Of a DNA stretch of 64,000 bases, positions 21,607 to 32,197 are shown in pieces. Origin of the DNA: Promethearchaeota archaeon (lineage in GTDB: Archaea > Asgardarchaeota > Lokiarchaeia > Sigyniarchaeales > SOKP01). The stretch lies in NCBI GenBank assembly GCA_029838195.1, contig JALGVJ010000010.1, positions 1-64,000 on the forward strand, written 5' to 3'. The translations under genes and the position numbers were made by a program. Each line of letters starts with the position of its first letter. Position 1 is the stretch's first letter. The notes below the pieces were generated by a model, which saw nothing but the letters and a program-made list of their open reading frames with translations, was not told the origin of the DNA and did no database searches.

Positions 21607-23010
21607 ATGGTGAAAATTGCTATTGTCGGAGCAGGTGCTGCTGGACTTTTCGCTGCTAATGAATTAGGTAAAACAAAAGACAGCAACCTTGAAATTCATG
21701 TATTCGAACAAGGAGCGGAAGTAAACAAGCGATTTTGTCCTCTAAAAAATGGATATGCTTGTGCGCAATGCTTTCCTTGCAAAATAATGAGTGGCATTGG
21801 CGGAGCAGGGCTTTTCTCATCGGGTATTTTAAATCTTCACAAGCATATTGGAGGAAATTTAGAAGAATTATGTAATAAAGCACGATTAAATGTAGAAGAG
21901 ATAATAAAACAAATTGATGATTTCTTTTTAGAGCATGGAGCACCTCCTACTCTGTTTGACCCTCATGAGAATGGAAAAAAGCTCCATGAGTTAAAAAGAA
22001 GATGTGCTGCCGTGGATGTGAGGTTTATCCCCATAAGACAAAGACTAATTGGCTCAGAAAACACTCCTAAGGTCATAAAATCCATTCAAAAATTCTTAGA
22101 AAATGATCTAGGAATTCAAATTTTTCCCAATCGAGAAGTAATCTCGTTTGATAAGGAGAGGCGACTGACCTTTAAGGATGGGAAAACCGAACAATTCGAT
22201 TACATCCTTTTCGCTCCTGGTCGATGGGGGATGATTTGGCTTGCTAATCAATGTGAAATAAACGGCATCAAGACCTTTCATGAACCCCTTGATATCGGCG
22301 TGCGAGTAGAAGTGCCTTCCATTATCTTGGAAGAGATTTGCGAAGAAATCCAACGGGATCCTAAATTCCATATCATCACGCCTACTTATAATGATTTCAT
22401 CCGAACGTTCTGCGTGAATCATAAAGGCTATGTAGTAAAAGAAACGTATGAAGAAAAAATCGTGGGTGTTAATGGACATCAATTAAAGAAGGATGGGGAT
22501 TCAGAAAATAGCAATTTTGCTTTTCTAATTCGGCAGTTTTTAACAAGCCCCTTGGAGGATACGACGGAGTATGGTAGATCCATATCTAAGCAAACTTCGA
22601 TTTTAGGAGGATATAAGCCTTTAATCCAAACATTAGGAGATTTACGGAGTGGGCATCGTTCAAGGGCGTCATTAATTAGTCGGAACCTTGTTCAGCCGAC
22701 GCTTCGGGATGCCACCCCAGGAGACATTGCCATGGCGTTTCCTTATCGTTTTATAGTAGATATTTTAGAAGGGTTAAAAATCTTAGATAAAATCATTCCA
22801 GGAGTTAATAATGCGAGCACGCTCATATATGCTCCGGAATTCAAGCGAAGTGCGAAAAGAATTGATACGAATGAATTCTTGGAATCAAGAGCAATTAAAA
22901 ACATGTTTTTTGCAGGCGATGGTGCCGGCATCTCACGAGGCATCATAGGAGCTGCCGTGACGGGCATAATTGCTGCGTGTGGAATTTTAAGAAAGCTTCA
23001 TTTGGAATAG
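21607..23010 (+). CDS. Uncharacterised NAD(P)/FAD-dependent oxidoreductase
   Basis: GAGAAG dinucleotide fold, GIGGAGLFS, DIGVRVE, AGDGAGISRG. Confidence 0.85.
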   Translation: MVKIAIVGAGAAGLFAANELGKTKDSNLEIHVFEQGAEVNKRFCPLKNGYACAQCFPCKIMSGIGGAGLFSSGILNLHKHIGGNLEELCNKARLNVEEIIKQIDDFFLEHGAPPTLFDPHENGKKLHELKRRCAAVDVRFIPIRQRLIGSENTPKVIKSIQKFLENDLGIQIFPNREVISFDKERRLTFKDGKTEQFDYILFAPGRWGMIWLANQCEINGIKTFHEPLDIGVRVEVPSIILEEICEEIQRDPKFHIITPTYNDFIRTFCVNHKGYVVKETYEEKIVGVNGHQLKKDGDSENSNFAFLIRQFLTSPLEDTTEYGRSISKQTSILGGYKPLIQTLGDLRSGHRSRASLISRNLVQPTLRDATPGDIAMAFPYRFIVDILEGLKILDKIIPGVNNASTLIYAPEFKRSAKRIDTNEFLESRAIKNMFFAGDGAGISRGIIGAAVTGIIAACGILRKLHLE

Positions 23011-23559
23011 AGAGCTCACGTGTCTTGCTCTTTCTTAACATGGGAAAATTTATGTGTCTAATTTAGTTGAATGGTTTTTTTTAAACCGTTTTCTTGCTTA
23101 TTTTTTCCCTCCACGGAACTTAGCCATGAATGAAATCTGCTCGACTTTTTTAAGCATTCATTAAGTACTAAATTTTTTACTCCAAAAAGTAATTCCTTAA
23201 TATGTTTCTAATTTTCAATCAAAATGAAAGTATCATTATACTTATACGATAATGCTAGCAAGCGGATAAAAAATTAAGAATAAAATATTTAAAGAAATTC
23301 CCATGATTTCAATACAGAAAAAAACATGTTTAATTCTATAAATTAAAGGGGTTTCTATAAAGTATAGTGAATTAGGATTTTATGGCATGTGAAAATAAAT
23401 ATTTATCTTGATATTATTTTTTAATTAAATAATAAGATGAATATAAAAAATATTACGAATGAAAAACTTCTTTTACCTCTCGTTCCTAATGGATGTTCTT
23501 TAAAAATTTTTATCCATCACTTTAAATACAATCAAATATTTTTCATGAGAAGTTGAATC

Positions 23560-23970
23560 ATGGTAAAAGTACAATTAACAGTCAAAATGGATATTGAAAT
23601 TAAAAGCATCGAAATCTCTCACTTGGCCAAGCTCGATGCCTCTTCTATCAATCGACTCCTCCATGAAATCAAAAAACAAATCCAACACCTCTTCCCCTAT
23701 GAAATCCGGGTGCGTGAACGCCACACCAGTGGATTGCGATGGTGTCCCTACTGTAAGAAAGAATTCAATGGCTCTAAAGGTTTGAATCTCCATATCACGA
23801 AGGCTCATTCGGATAAAAGAAAAACTCCTGCAATTCTCTTTTTATCTGCTCACAAAATTAAGATCAATAAGGTGCCTTACCTTTACATTTTACTCGAAAA
23901 CATCAGTGATAAGAGCTCCCAAAAAATCATGAAAATTAAATTACCACGCAAGAATAAAAATAATCTCTAA
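23560..23970 (+). CDS. C2H2 zinc-finger protein
   Basis: CPYCKKEFNGSKGLNLHITKAH matches C-x2-C-x3-F-x5-L-x2-H-x4-H. Confidence 0.75.
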   Translation: MVKVQLTVKMDIEIKSIEISHLAKLDASSINRLLHEIKKQIQHLFPYEIRVRERHTSGLRWCPYCKKEFNGSKGLNLHITKAHSDKRKTPAILFLSAHKIKINKVPYLYILLENISDKSSQKIMKIKLPRKNKNNL

Positions 23971-24861
23971 TATTTTAGACGGGTATCATGAAATTTTAGT
24001 TTCACATTTCCAATCGCTTTTCTAACACGTTTAAGATTAACTGTTCTTATGAATTGACCTCTTTCCTTCCCAATTCTCATGATTTTTTCTTTATATATCA
24101 CGTGTTCGGGATGATAAACTCCTTTTTTAAAAGCTTAAAAATCATGCTTTCAAATTTTCAAATTTTCAAATTTTTTTTTCTTGTTCGTACTCCTCTCAAG
24201 AACTTCCAATAAAAAAGAAATTTTTTTTAAATTAAATATTATTATTTAATCATAATGGAAGAGATCTATAGGATTTCACATTGGATTTCGCCCTCAGCCG
24301 ATCTTTTAAAAATATTAATCTGGTCGGCTAAATCTTACTTTTTTTCACATATTTAGTCCGTATAGTTCTCTTCCTTTCCTTTTTCCTTTTTTCAAACACG
24401 GTTAAGGAAAAATTAAATTCAAGAATTCATGAAAGTAATGGACTTTTATTTAGTATAGTTTATTTTAGATTTCTCTTCACTTCTAATATTATAAGATGAT
24501 ATTGTTTTTATAAGTATTTTTTTATTTTTCAAAATTCTTTCTTTATTAAATCAAAAAACGTACAAAATTAGGTTTAATCATTATATTTCATTAGGTATTG
24601 AGTATTTTAAAATTAAAAGGAAATGAGAGAAAAGAGACTTTATTTTAATTATTTTTTGTTATTTTTATTTTATTTTTTTGTCATTAATAGCAATTAGAAT
24701 AAATGCTTTCTTTTTAATTATCAGTGGAGTAGGTCATAATATATTTCCAATTTTAGATTGAAGAATATTATTCTTTTATTTTTTAGAAATACTTGTTTAT
24801 CTTCTCCTAATCTTGAGTGTTTATTTAAAAAACAGATTAATTTGTTTTAACTGGTTAAAAA

Positions 24862-25671
24862 TTATTTTTCGAGAAGCTCCTCAATTCTTAATTTTAACCC
24901 ATCTTCCGCTGCGATGACTTTTTTGATATTAGTATGTTGTTGAAATTTTTTTACTTGACTTGGCACGCGATTAATATCAGTACGAGGTCCATCCATGTAA
25001 GAGCCGAAGTGAGTGAGGATGAGGCAATCAAGGGGAGGGTTAATTTTATTAAGATACGGAAGGACTTGGTCCGTGCAAAGATGTCGCTTGCACGTGATAT
25101 TATCGGGACGTAAGAGATTCAATACTAGGATATTTACGTTATTATATTGTTCTGAAAAGCCGGGAAAGACCATGGTATCGCTGGTGAGGGCGATGGAGTA
25201 ATCCTCGAGGATAAATTTCACGCCAAAACCTCCGATCTGTGCGTGCTTAACGCTAGTTCCAATAATAGTAATGTTATTATCGTGGTGATAGATATCACCA
25301 GCTTTGAATTCAATGATTTTTTGGAGCATGTTGAGGTGATATTGAGGAACATGTTCAAGCATGTCTTTTGTCGTGATGAGAACGCCTTTCTTGTAATAGT
25401 TATAATTTTTATCGTGGAAATTTTTACGAGATGATTCAATAATTGCGCAAAGATCATTGTAATGGTCGACGTGGGAATGTGTTACGATAAACAATTCCGT
25501 CTTCAGTGGATCTTCCTTGTATTGATTGATACGAACGATGGCACCGGGTCCCGGATCGATGTGGGCTTGAACTCCGTTGACTTTAAATAAGATCCCTCCG
25601 GTAGCGCGATGCTGAGTTCTGACGTGATGTCGGCCTCCGCCGGTTCCCAGAAAGACGATCTCATCATTCAT
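24862..25671 (-). CDS. Metallo-beta-lactamase fold hydrolase
   Basis: FLGTGGG, IDPGPG, THSHVDH, SDT, LTHF. Confidence 0.9.
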   Translation of the reverse strand: MNDEIVFLGTGGGRHHVRTQHRATGGILFKVNGVQAHIDPGPGAIVRINQYKEDPLKTELFIVTHSHVDHYNDLCAIIESSRKNFHDKNYNYYKKGVLITTKDMLEHVPQYHLNMLQKIIEFKAGDIYHHDNNITIIGTSVKHAQIGGFGVKFILEDYSIALTSDTMVFPGFSEQYNNVNILVLNLLRPDNITCKRHLCTDQVLPYLNKINPPLDCLILTHFGSYMDGPRTDINRVPSQVKKFQQHTNIKKVIAAEDGLKLRIEELLEK

Positions 25672-25929
25672 GATGGAATATAGTAAAGATAATTGTTGTT
25701 GAAGGATAAAAAGAGTACAAGGGAAAAATTTTTTTCTATATTTTTAGGGGCAAGAGAAATATGGAGTCAAGAGAAATGATAGATTGGGGTGCAATAGGAA
25801 GGAGGGAAATTAAAGAAGAGATAAAATGAGAATGGAAAAAAATAAGAAGAAGGAAGAAAAGAAAAGAAGAAGAGAAGGAAGAGATAAAAAAAGTAAAGGT
25901 AAATCTTCGGGTTAATAGGTGAAGATTTT

Positions 25930-28125
25930 TCATTTTCTAAATTCTTTTAGAGTAAGAGCATCAATTTTGGAGAGAATATCATTTAATTCTATTTTTAATT
26001 TATTTTGGAGTTGGAATTTTGAAAAGTGGCTATTATTAGTACTTAGGAAGCGGTTGATAACGGTTCTTGCAATCATTTCCCCTTTTCTTCCCAGCATGGC
26101 TAATTGCACGTGGGATTTATCTTGCGGATTGAACAATTTAATAGGAAGTTCAAATGGGATTTTAAAAATATGGCGTGAGCTTTTTCTGAGTTTAATTTGT
26201 TCTGTCATGACATTCGAGTTGAGAATCGCAGAGAGGTAATAAGCTTCATCGAGCGAGGGCGGAGTATAAAAGCTCAGATCCCCTGTTATTAAAAAATCTC
26301 CTTGGACCACGGCAGCGTTAAGGTTGGAGCCTGAATTGTTATAAACAACTTTAAATTGAGCCATTTGTCTCTGATTAATTAATTTATTCCATCGATTTAG
26401 ATTATCCATTAAACATTCATGAGATGTAGTAATTTTTTTCTTTTCCAAATAGATTTTATTGATGAACTCATGGAATTTTTTAGAATGGGGGAGAAGGGCT
26501 TCGGGTTGATAGGATAAGTCGTGCTTGTTGAGAGGGAGAAACACGTGATAACCATCAAAAATGTAGAATTTAACTAATTCCGTGCTTTTAATTACCTTGA
26601 AAATGTATTGGGGCTCTATTTTCCAAGAGATATATTCTTTTTTATTCCAGGGAGGTTTAGCTTTTAAAAAGATGCGATCATCAGGGTGGATTTCGACTAA
26701 GGAATCACTTAATTTTTCAAAGGATACGAATATGAGATTTCTTGGATTTAGATCTGCCCCTTTATGAAATTTTTTTTTATAACTGCTTTCTTCATTGGGG
26801 ATTAAAAAACGGGCATGTTGCTTTAATATTAGTTTTTTCACACGTGAATTTTTTTTTTTTCCATCCCTTCGGGCATCATAAGGGATCAAGCTATCAACGC
26901 TTACAAGTGTTAGGTTAATATTTGAAAAATAATAAAAATCATCCGTGTTGTTTTTCTTTTGATAATGGTAAATAGGAATTTCCCCATTGACAAGTTTTTT
27001 ATCTTCCTCATTACCGTTAGCCTTCCGGGCGAAAAGGCAAATAAAATTAATATTAAATAGTTTTCTAATTTGTTCATCAAAACTCCAAACTTTTAAATCT
27101 TTAAAACCATGGAAATTTCGAAAACGAGACGCATGAGAACCCGTGAGGATTCCTCGTGGCATGACAAAAAAGAGTTTACCACCTTCCTTCATGAATAATT
27201 CTCTTGCTTGATAAAAAAAAATGGTTGCAAGTTCAAGGTTTAAAATATTTTTAGGAGCGGGTTTAACATTTAATTTACCGGCTAAATGTTTTAAGTATTC
27301 TTGTTGATGCGGATCTTCTATATCTCGATAGGTAAGCCAAGGTGGATTCCCGATGACTAAATTAAACTGATGTTTAAGATGAGTGGGAAAATCTCTTAAT
27401 ACATCCATTTTAAAAATATTTAAAGGAATTTCTAAAGGCAGTTCTCTTAGGAGATAAAGCAAGTTTAATTTAGCTAAAAACACTGAAAGGGGATTGATAT
27501 CACATCCGTAAAGGAAGCGTAAAGCTTCTAATTTAGCAGATAAATTAAGGGGACTAGATAAAATTTTTTTAACAATTTCTATCAAGAAATTGGCCGTTCC
27601 AAGACATGGATCCAGTACCTTTTCTCCAATTTTATATGTTTCTTTAACCATTTTTTTTGCGATAAAAGGTGGGGTATAAAATTCCCCCGTAGTATGTCTT
27701 ATTTTTTTTGAAAGAAGATCTTGGAGTAGATAATCAAAATAATATTCTGGCTGGAGAGATGATTTTTTTAATTCAATGAATATTTTTTTAATTGAATTCC
27801 GGAATGAAATTTCTTTTATTTTATATTTAAGTAGGGTAAGAGCTGGTGAAAAATAAGAGTTTAGTTCTTGAGACTCACTTTTCAGGAACTGATTTTTAGT
27901 TACTAAAAATTCATGAACGAATTGATGGGCTAATGAATATATTATCAAATGGAGGGCATATAATTCAAGGTTAACTTGAGAAGCTCCGTACATGCTTTTA
28001 AAAGCCTTACTCCAATCCCTAAAGAAAGTGGTTGATGGAATATCATGCTCCATTAAGGAAAGTGTAATAAATCTTATTAGAGCTTTCTTATTTTCCAAAA
28101 AATTGTTGTTTCTTAAAAATTTCAA
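25930..28125 (-). CDS. N6-adenine (amino) DNA methyltransferase with C-terminal target-recognition region, Eco57I/type IIG-like
   Basis: GEFYTP, VLDPCLGTANF (motif I), VIGNPPW (motif IV), YYLSAILNS. Confidence 0.88.
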   Translation of the reverse strand: MKFLRNNNFLENKKALIRFITLSLMEHDIPSTTFFRDWSKAFKSMYGASQVNLELYALHLIIYSLAHQFVHEFLVTKNQFLKSESQELNSYFSPALTLLKYKIKEISFRNSIKKIFIELKKSSLQPEYYFDYLLQDLLSKKIRHTTGEFYTPPFIAKKMVKETYKIGEKVLDPCLGTANFLIEIVKKILSSPLNLSAKLEALRFLYGCDINPLSVFLAKLNLLYLLRELPLEIPLNIFKMDVLRDFPTHLKHQFNLVIGNPPWLTYRDIEDPHQQEYLKHLAGKLNVKPAPKNILNLELATIFFYQARELFMKEGGKLFFVMPRGILTGSHASRFRNFHGFKDLKVWSFDEQIRKLFNINFICLFARKANGNEEDKKLVNGEIPIYHYQKKNNTDDFYYFSNINLTLVSVDSLIPYDARRDGKKKNSRVKKLILKQHARFLIPNEESSYKKKFHKGADLNPRNLIFVSFEKLSDSLVEIHPDDRIFLKAKPPWNKKEYISWKIEPQYIFKVIKSTELVKFYIFDGYHVFLPLNKHDLSYQPEALLPHSKKFHEFINKIYLEKKKITTSHECLMDNLNRWNKLINQRQMAQFKVVYNNSGSNLNAAVVQGDFLITGDLSFYTPPSLDEAYYLSAILNSNVMTEQIKLRKSSRHIFKIPFELPIKLFNPQDKSHVQLAMLGRKGEMIARTVINRFLSTNNSHFSKFQLQNKLKIELNDILSKIDALTLKEFRK

Positions 28126-28376
28126 TTCTTGATATCCCTTCTTAAAATTTTAAAAAGTTTATCCAGATATTATTTTACATGCATGTTAAAAAGATTTCCA
28201 AGTAATTGATAATATAAAGGCATCTTTAAAAAAATAGTTTTAAATACCATGATTATGTTAATTCCATTATATTATATAATTGAAATGGTTTATTTATTTC
28301 AATTAACCAATCAATTCCATCTTTCTGAAGATATTGAGTTCCATTAATAGCATTTAATAAAACCCCCTAAGAATGT

Positions 28377-28988
28377 ATGATTATTGAAAAATCTAAAATA
28401 TCAAAAAATTTTCAAAACGGAATTTATTTTTCTTGTCATCAATGCGGCACGTGTTGCCGAGGCTTAAACGAGGGGGAAGTTTACATCTATTTAGATGATA
28501 TCAATCGACTCATAAAATTTTTAAGGAAAAAAGGAAAACATTACACGCAAAAAAGTTTCGCAAGAAAGTACCTTAAAATTACATCCCAAGGAATGTTCTG
28601 GAAAGATTCCACTTCTTCGAAGAAAGGGAGGATCTATAACTTGGACACTTTAGGGTTAAAATTCACAGGAGATGATGATCATTGTTATTTTCTAAGCGAA
28701 GATAATACTTGTATGGTTCATGAAGCCCGGCCCTTCCAATGTCGGGCCTTTCCAATTGGTTGGAACATGCTCATGAATAATTATACTAACTTGCGAGAAT
28801 ATTCAAAAAAATGTCCTGGTTTAAAAGGCACATTAGAAAATAAGGGCAAATATTATTCTAAAGAAGAAATCATTAAATGGACCCAAAAAGAATTTGAAAT
28901 GGAATATAATTATTTCTTAGCCATGAAAAAAAATGGATTTGACATTTTTAAGGTATATAAATTTCTACCACGAGATATAGAATGTTGA
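28377..28988 (+). CDS. YkgJ family CxxCxxCC cysteine-cluster protein
   Basis: CHQCGTCC...CYFL...CMVHEARPFQCRAFP...CPG. Confidence 0.9.
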   Translation: MIIEKSKISKNFQNGIYFSCHQCGTCCRGLNEGEVYIYLDDINRLIKFLRKKGKHYTQKSFARKYLKITSQGMFWKDSTSSKKGRIYNLDTLGLKFTGDDDHCYFLSEDNTCMVHEARPFQCRAFPIGWNMLMNNYTNLREYSKKCPGLKGTLENKGKYYSKEEIIKWTQKEFEMEYNYFLAMKKNGFDIFKVYKFLPRDIEC

Positions 28989-29219
28989 GTGGTGTTAATG
29001 AATTCTTGTATTCATTCGTATAAAATTATTTAAAGATATAACTCTTTTTTCTCAAATCTTTAGATTATAAATAAAGAACGAAGTTCAGTTTTATTATGCA
29101 ATCGATAATATATTTTTCTTGAAAACATTTTAATCAACTGTAATTAGATACTAAATATACTAAAATTAATTATCATTTTTCCATATCATCACGACCAATT
29201 TGAGAGAGAATTAAAGAAC

Positions 29220-31610
29220 ATGAAGATCGGGCTATTTGTTTGCCATTGTGGCAAAAATATTTCGGGAACCATCGATATTGATGAGCTAATGAATTATTTC
29301 AAGCAAGTTCCGGATGTAATCATATTTGAAGATCAATATTTATGTTCTGAATTAGGGTTAAATAAGATCATTGAACAAGTGCAAGAAAAGAAGATTGAAA
29401 GAATAGTTATTGCGGCTTGCTCTCTTAAATTACATGGATTATTATTTCAAAAAACGATTGAAAGAGCAGGAATTAACCGTTTCTTAATTTCTTTCGCAAA
29501 CATCCGCGAGCAAAACTCTTGGGTTCATTCTGACAATCCTAAAAAAGCTACTAAGAAGGCGATTGATCAAATTAAGATGGCAATCGAACATGTAAAGCTT
29601 TTGGAGCCATTAGAAGTAAATAAAGCATCCATCACGCCTTCTGTTTTAGTAATTGGAGGGGGCGTTGCCGGGATTAAAGCAGCTCTCTTGGTAGCGGATG
29701 CGGGATATAAAGTATATTTGGTAGAAAGAGAACCCACGATCGGAGGGCACATGGCATTATTTGATAAGACATTTCCGACTTTAGATTGCTCTATTTGTGT
29801 TCTTGGACCGCTCATGACGGAGGTAAAAGATCATCCTAATATTGAGTTATTAACATATTCAGAAGTAAAAAAAGTTGATGGATTTATAGGGAATTTTGAG
29901 GTCTCCATTCTGAAAAAGCCCCGATATATCGTAGAGGAAAATTGCGTAGGATGTTTTGATATTTGTAGAGAGGTGTGCCCTATTGAAATAAATAGCAGTT
30001 TTTTCCCAAGAAAAGCCATTGATGTACCATATCCTCAAGCCATTCCCCTTTATCCCACGATCATAGAAGAAGCTTGTATAGGATGTAAAGCGTGTGAACA
30101 AGCTTGTGATAGAGACGCTATAGATTTTGATCAAGAGCCGAAAGAGCTAAAAATTCAAGTGGGATGCATCATCGTTGCAACAGGATATGATACTTTTGAT
30201 CCGTCCTTATTAGGAGAACTGAATTATCACAAATATCCTAATGTCATCACGACCATGGAGTTAGAGCGATTATTAAATAATGATGGTCCTACTAAGGGAA
30301 GAGTAATAGTACCTTCAAATGGCCTTCCACCTAAAACAGTTTCATTTATCCTCTGTGTGGGCTCGCGAAACAAAAAAATTCATAGGGAATATTGTTCCCA
30401 AGTTTGTTGTAATGTAGCGATAAAACAAGCTGTTTTAATAAAAAAAGAATATCCGGACGTGAACATTAACATTTTTTATAATGATATAAGAGCCGTGGGT
30501 AAAAACTGTGAAGAATTTTATAATAGAGCTAGGGAGCAATTTGGAATTCGGTTTATAAAGAGTAATATATCCACCATCTTGAAACACGATACCATGGATA
30601 AACTGGTTATAAGAGGAGAAGATATCATCGAGGATAGAATTTTTGAAAGTTTGACAGATTTAGCCGTTTTAGCCGTAGGGATCGAGCCTGCAAGAGGTTC
30701 GGATGAATTAAGCCAAATTTTAAATATTTCTCAAGATCCTAACGGCTTTCTGTTAGAACGACATTTAAAAATGAAACCCTCGGAAACCTCTGTTAGTGGA
30801 ATTTACATTGCGGGAGCTATTCAAGGCCCTAAAGATATCCCCAATAGCATTTCGCAAGCAGAAAGTGCTGCTGCTAAAGCTATAGCTTTAATTTCAAGAG
30901 GAGAGATTGAATTAGATCCTTATATCGTTCGTTACATTAAAGAAAAATGCACTCTTTGTAGATTATGCGAAAATATTTGCGCTTTTAATGCGATAACCAT
31001 CAAGGAAAATCAATTATATTTAACTAATGCTAATTGCACTGGATGTGGGGCGTGTGCCGCCATGTGTCCTGAAAACGCGCTCTACATTCCTGGCTTCAAA
31101 AAAGAGCAGTTCTCTTCACAATTAAAATCATTATTAGAGAAGAAAAGCGAGTATCCACTGATCGTGGGATTTTTATGCAATTGGTGTGCCTATGCGGGAG
31201 CGGATTTGGCGGGCACCAGCAAATTAACATATCCAACTAACATCAGAACATTAAGAGTGATGTGTACGGCGATGATAGATCCCGCCCTTGTACTTGAAGC
31301 TTTCTTTCAAGGAGCTGATGGTGTTCTAATTGCTGGCTGTTATGAGCAAGACTGTCATTATAATACGGGTTTCATTAAAGCAAAAACGAGATATGAAAGT
31401 ATTCGGGAAATCTTAGCAGAAGCAGGGATCAACGAAAAACGAGTTAGAATTGAGAGCATTTCGGCAGGGGAGGGAGAAAAACTCGCACGAATAGTAAAGG
31501 AATTCAAGGAAGAACTCATTAGACTGGGACCCCTTACCCCTCATGAATACGAAAGGATGGTACAAGTTCCCGAAAAAATGAAAGAATCTGCCCGACTAGA
31601 TGAAATATGA
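29220..31610 (+). CDS. hdrA: Heterodisulfide reductase subunit A fused to MvhD
   Basis: VCHCGKNI, ANIREQ, GGGVAG, FPTLDCSIC, ferredoxin motifs, then FLCNWCAYAGAD...RVMC...GADGV..GC...DCHY (MvhD). Confidence 0.93.
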   Translation: MKIGLFVCHCGKNISGTIDIDELMNYFKQVPDVIIFEDQYLCSELGLNKIIEQVQEKKIERIVIAACSLKLHGLLFQKTIERAGINRFLISFANIREQNSWVHSDNPKKATKKAIDQIKMAIEHVKLLEPLEVNKASITPSVLVIGGGVAGIKAALLVADAGYKVYLVEREPTIGGHMALFDKTFPTLDCSICVLGPLMTEVKDHPNIELLTYSEVKKVDGFIGNFEVSILKKPRYIVEENCVGCFDICREVCPIEINSSFFPRKAIDVPYPQAIPLYPTIIEEACIGCKACEQACDRDAIDFDQEPKELKIQVGCIIVATGYDTFDPSLLGELNYHKYPNVITTMELERLLNNDGPTKGRVIVPSNGLPPKTVSFILCVGSRNKKIHREYCSQVCCNVAIKQAVLIKKEYPDVNINIFYNDIRAVGKNCEEFYNRAREQFGIRFIKSNISTILKHDTMDKLVIRGEDIIEDRIFESLTDLAVLAVGIEPARGSDELSQILNISQDPNGFLLERHLKMKPSETSVSGIYIAGAIQGPKDIPNSISQAESAAAKAIALISRGEIELDPYIVRYIKEKCTLCRLCENICAFNAITIKENQLYLTNANCTGCGACAAMCPENALYIPGFKKEQFSSQLKSLLEKKSEYPLIVGFLCNWCAYAGADLAGTSKLTYPTNIRTLRVMCTAMIDPALVLEAFFQGADGVLIAGCYEQDCHYNTGFIKAKTRYESIREILAEAGINEKRVRIESISAGEGEKLARIVKEFKEELIRLGPLTPHEYERMVQVPEKMKESARLDEI

Positions 31611-32143
31611 GTCCTTATTCATTAATTCATGAAGCTCTAACATTCATGGGAAAAAAACATGGTAATCAATTGAGAAAAGATGGGAAAACACCCTACATCA
31701 TTCATCCCATGCGAGTCTTTATTCTTTTAAGGTGGGCGGGGTATTCTGAATTTATGGATGAGAATATGATGGTTGCCGCCTTATTACATGATATTTTAGA
31801 AGATACGGATACTACATCTGGAGAAATTGAAGAAAAATTCGGTCCCGAGATATTTTCTATCGTAATGGAACTAACCAGACCTAAAGGAATGAAAAAAGAA
31901 CAATGGCTAAAATCTTTTGAGACATGCTCAAGAGAGGCAAAAATCATTAAATTAGCCGATAGAATTGATAACCTTATCGATTTGAAGGGCAATCATCTGT
32001 CTAAGAATTGGAAATATTCTTATGCTAAACAAGGAGAAATCATTTTGAAAACGTGTGGCGATGCGGATAAAAAATTAGCCTTGGAATTAAAACGGTGGAT
32101 TCAAGACATTTTAAACGAAAATAACGATATGTCTCCCATTTAA
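31607..32143 (+). CDS. HD-domain (p)ppGpp hydrolase-like (Mesh1/SpoT-HD) protein
   Basis: HGNQLRKDGKTPYIIHP, AALLHDILEDT, IKLADRIDNL. Confidence 0.88.
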   Translation: MSPYSLIHEALTFMGKKHGNQLRKDGKTPYIIHPMRVFILLRWAGYSEFMDENMMVAALLHDILEDTDTTSGEIEEKFGPEIFSIVMELTRPKGMKKEQWLKSFETCSREAKIIKLADRIDNLIDLKGNHLSKNWKYSYAKQGEIILKTCGDADKKLALELKRWIQDILNENNDMSPI

Positions 32144-32197
32144 ATCTCATGGATTCTTTATCAAGTTTTTATTTCATTCCTTCTTTTTAATAGATTA

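Noticed and set aside
21356-21613. 85-aa ORF in the track
   Set aside because: It overlaps, in another frame, the more convincing zinc-ribbon ORF 21256-21429, and has low-complexity composition.
23971-24861. Long T-rich spacer as a membrane-protein pseudogene or replication origin
   Set aside because: Hydrophobic translations follow from T-richness alone. No ORB-like repeats or cdc6 gene nearby.
25700-25925. Purine-rich GAA/AAG tract and 65-aa ORF
   Set aside because: Low-complexity spacer with no periodic repeat unit or credible protein.
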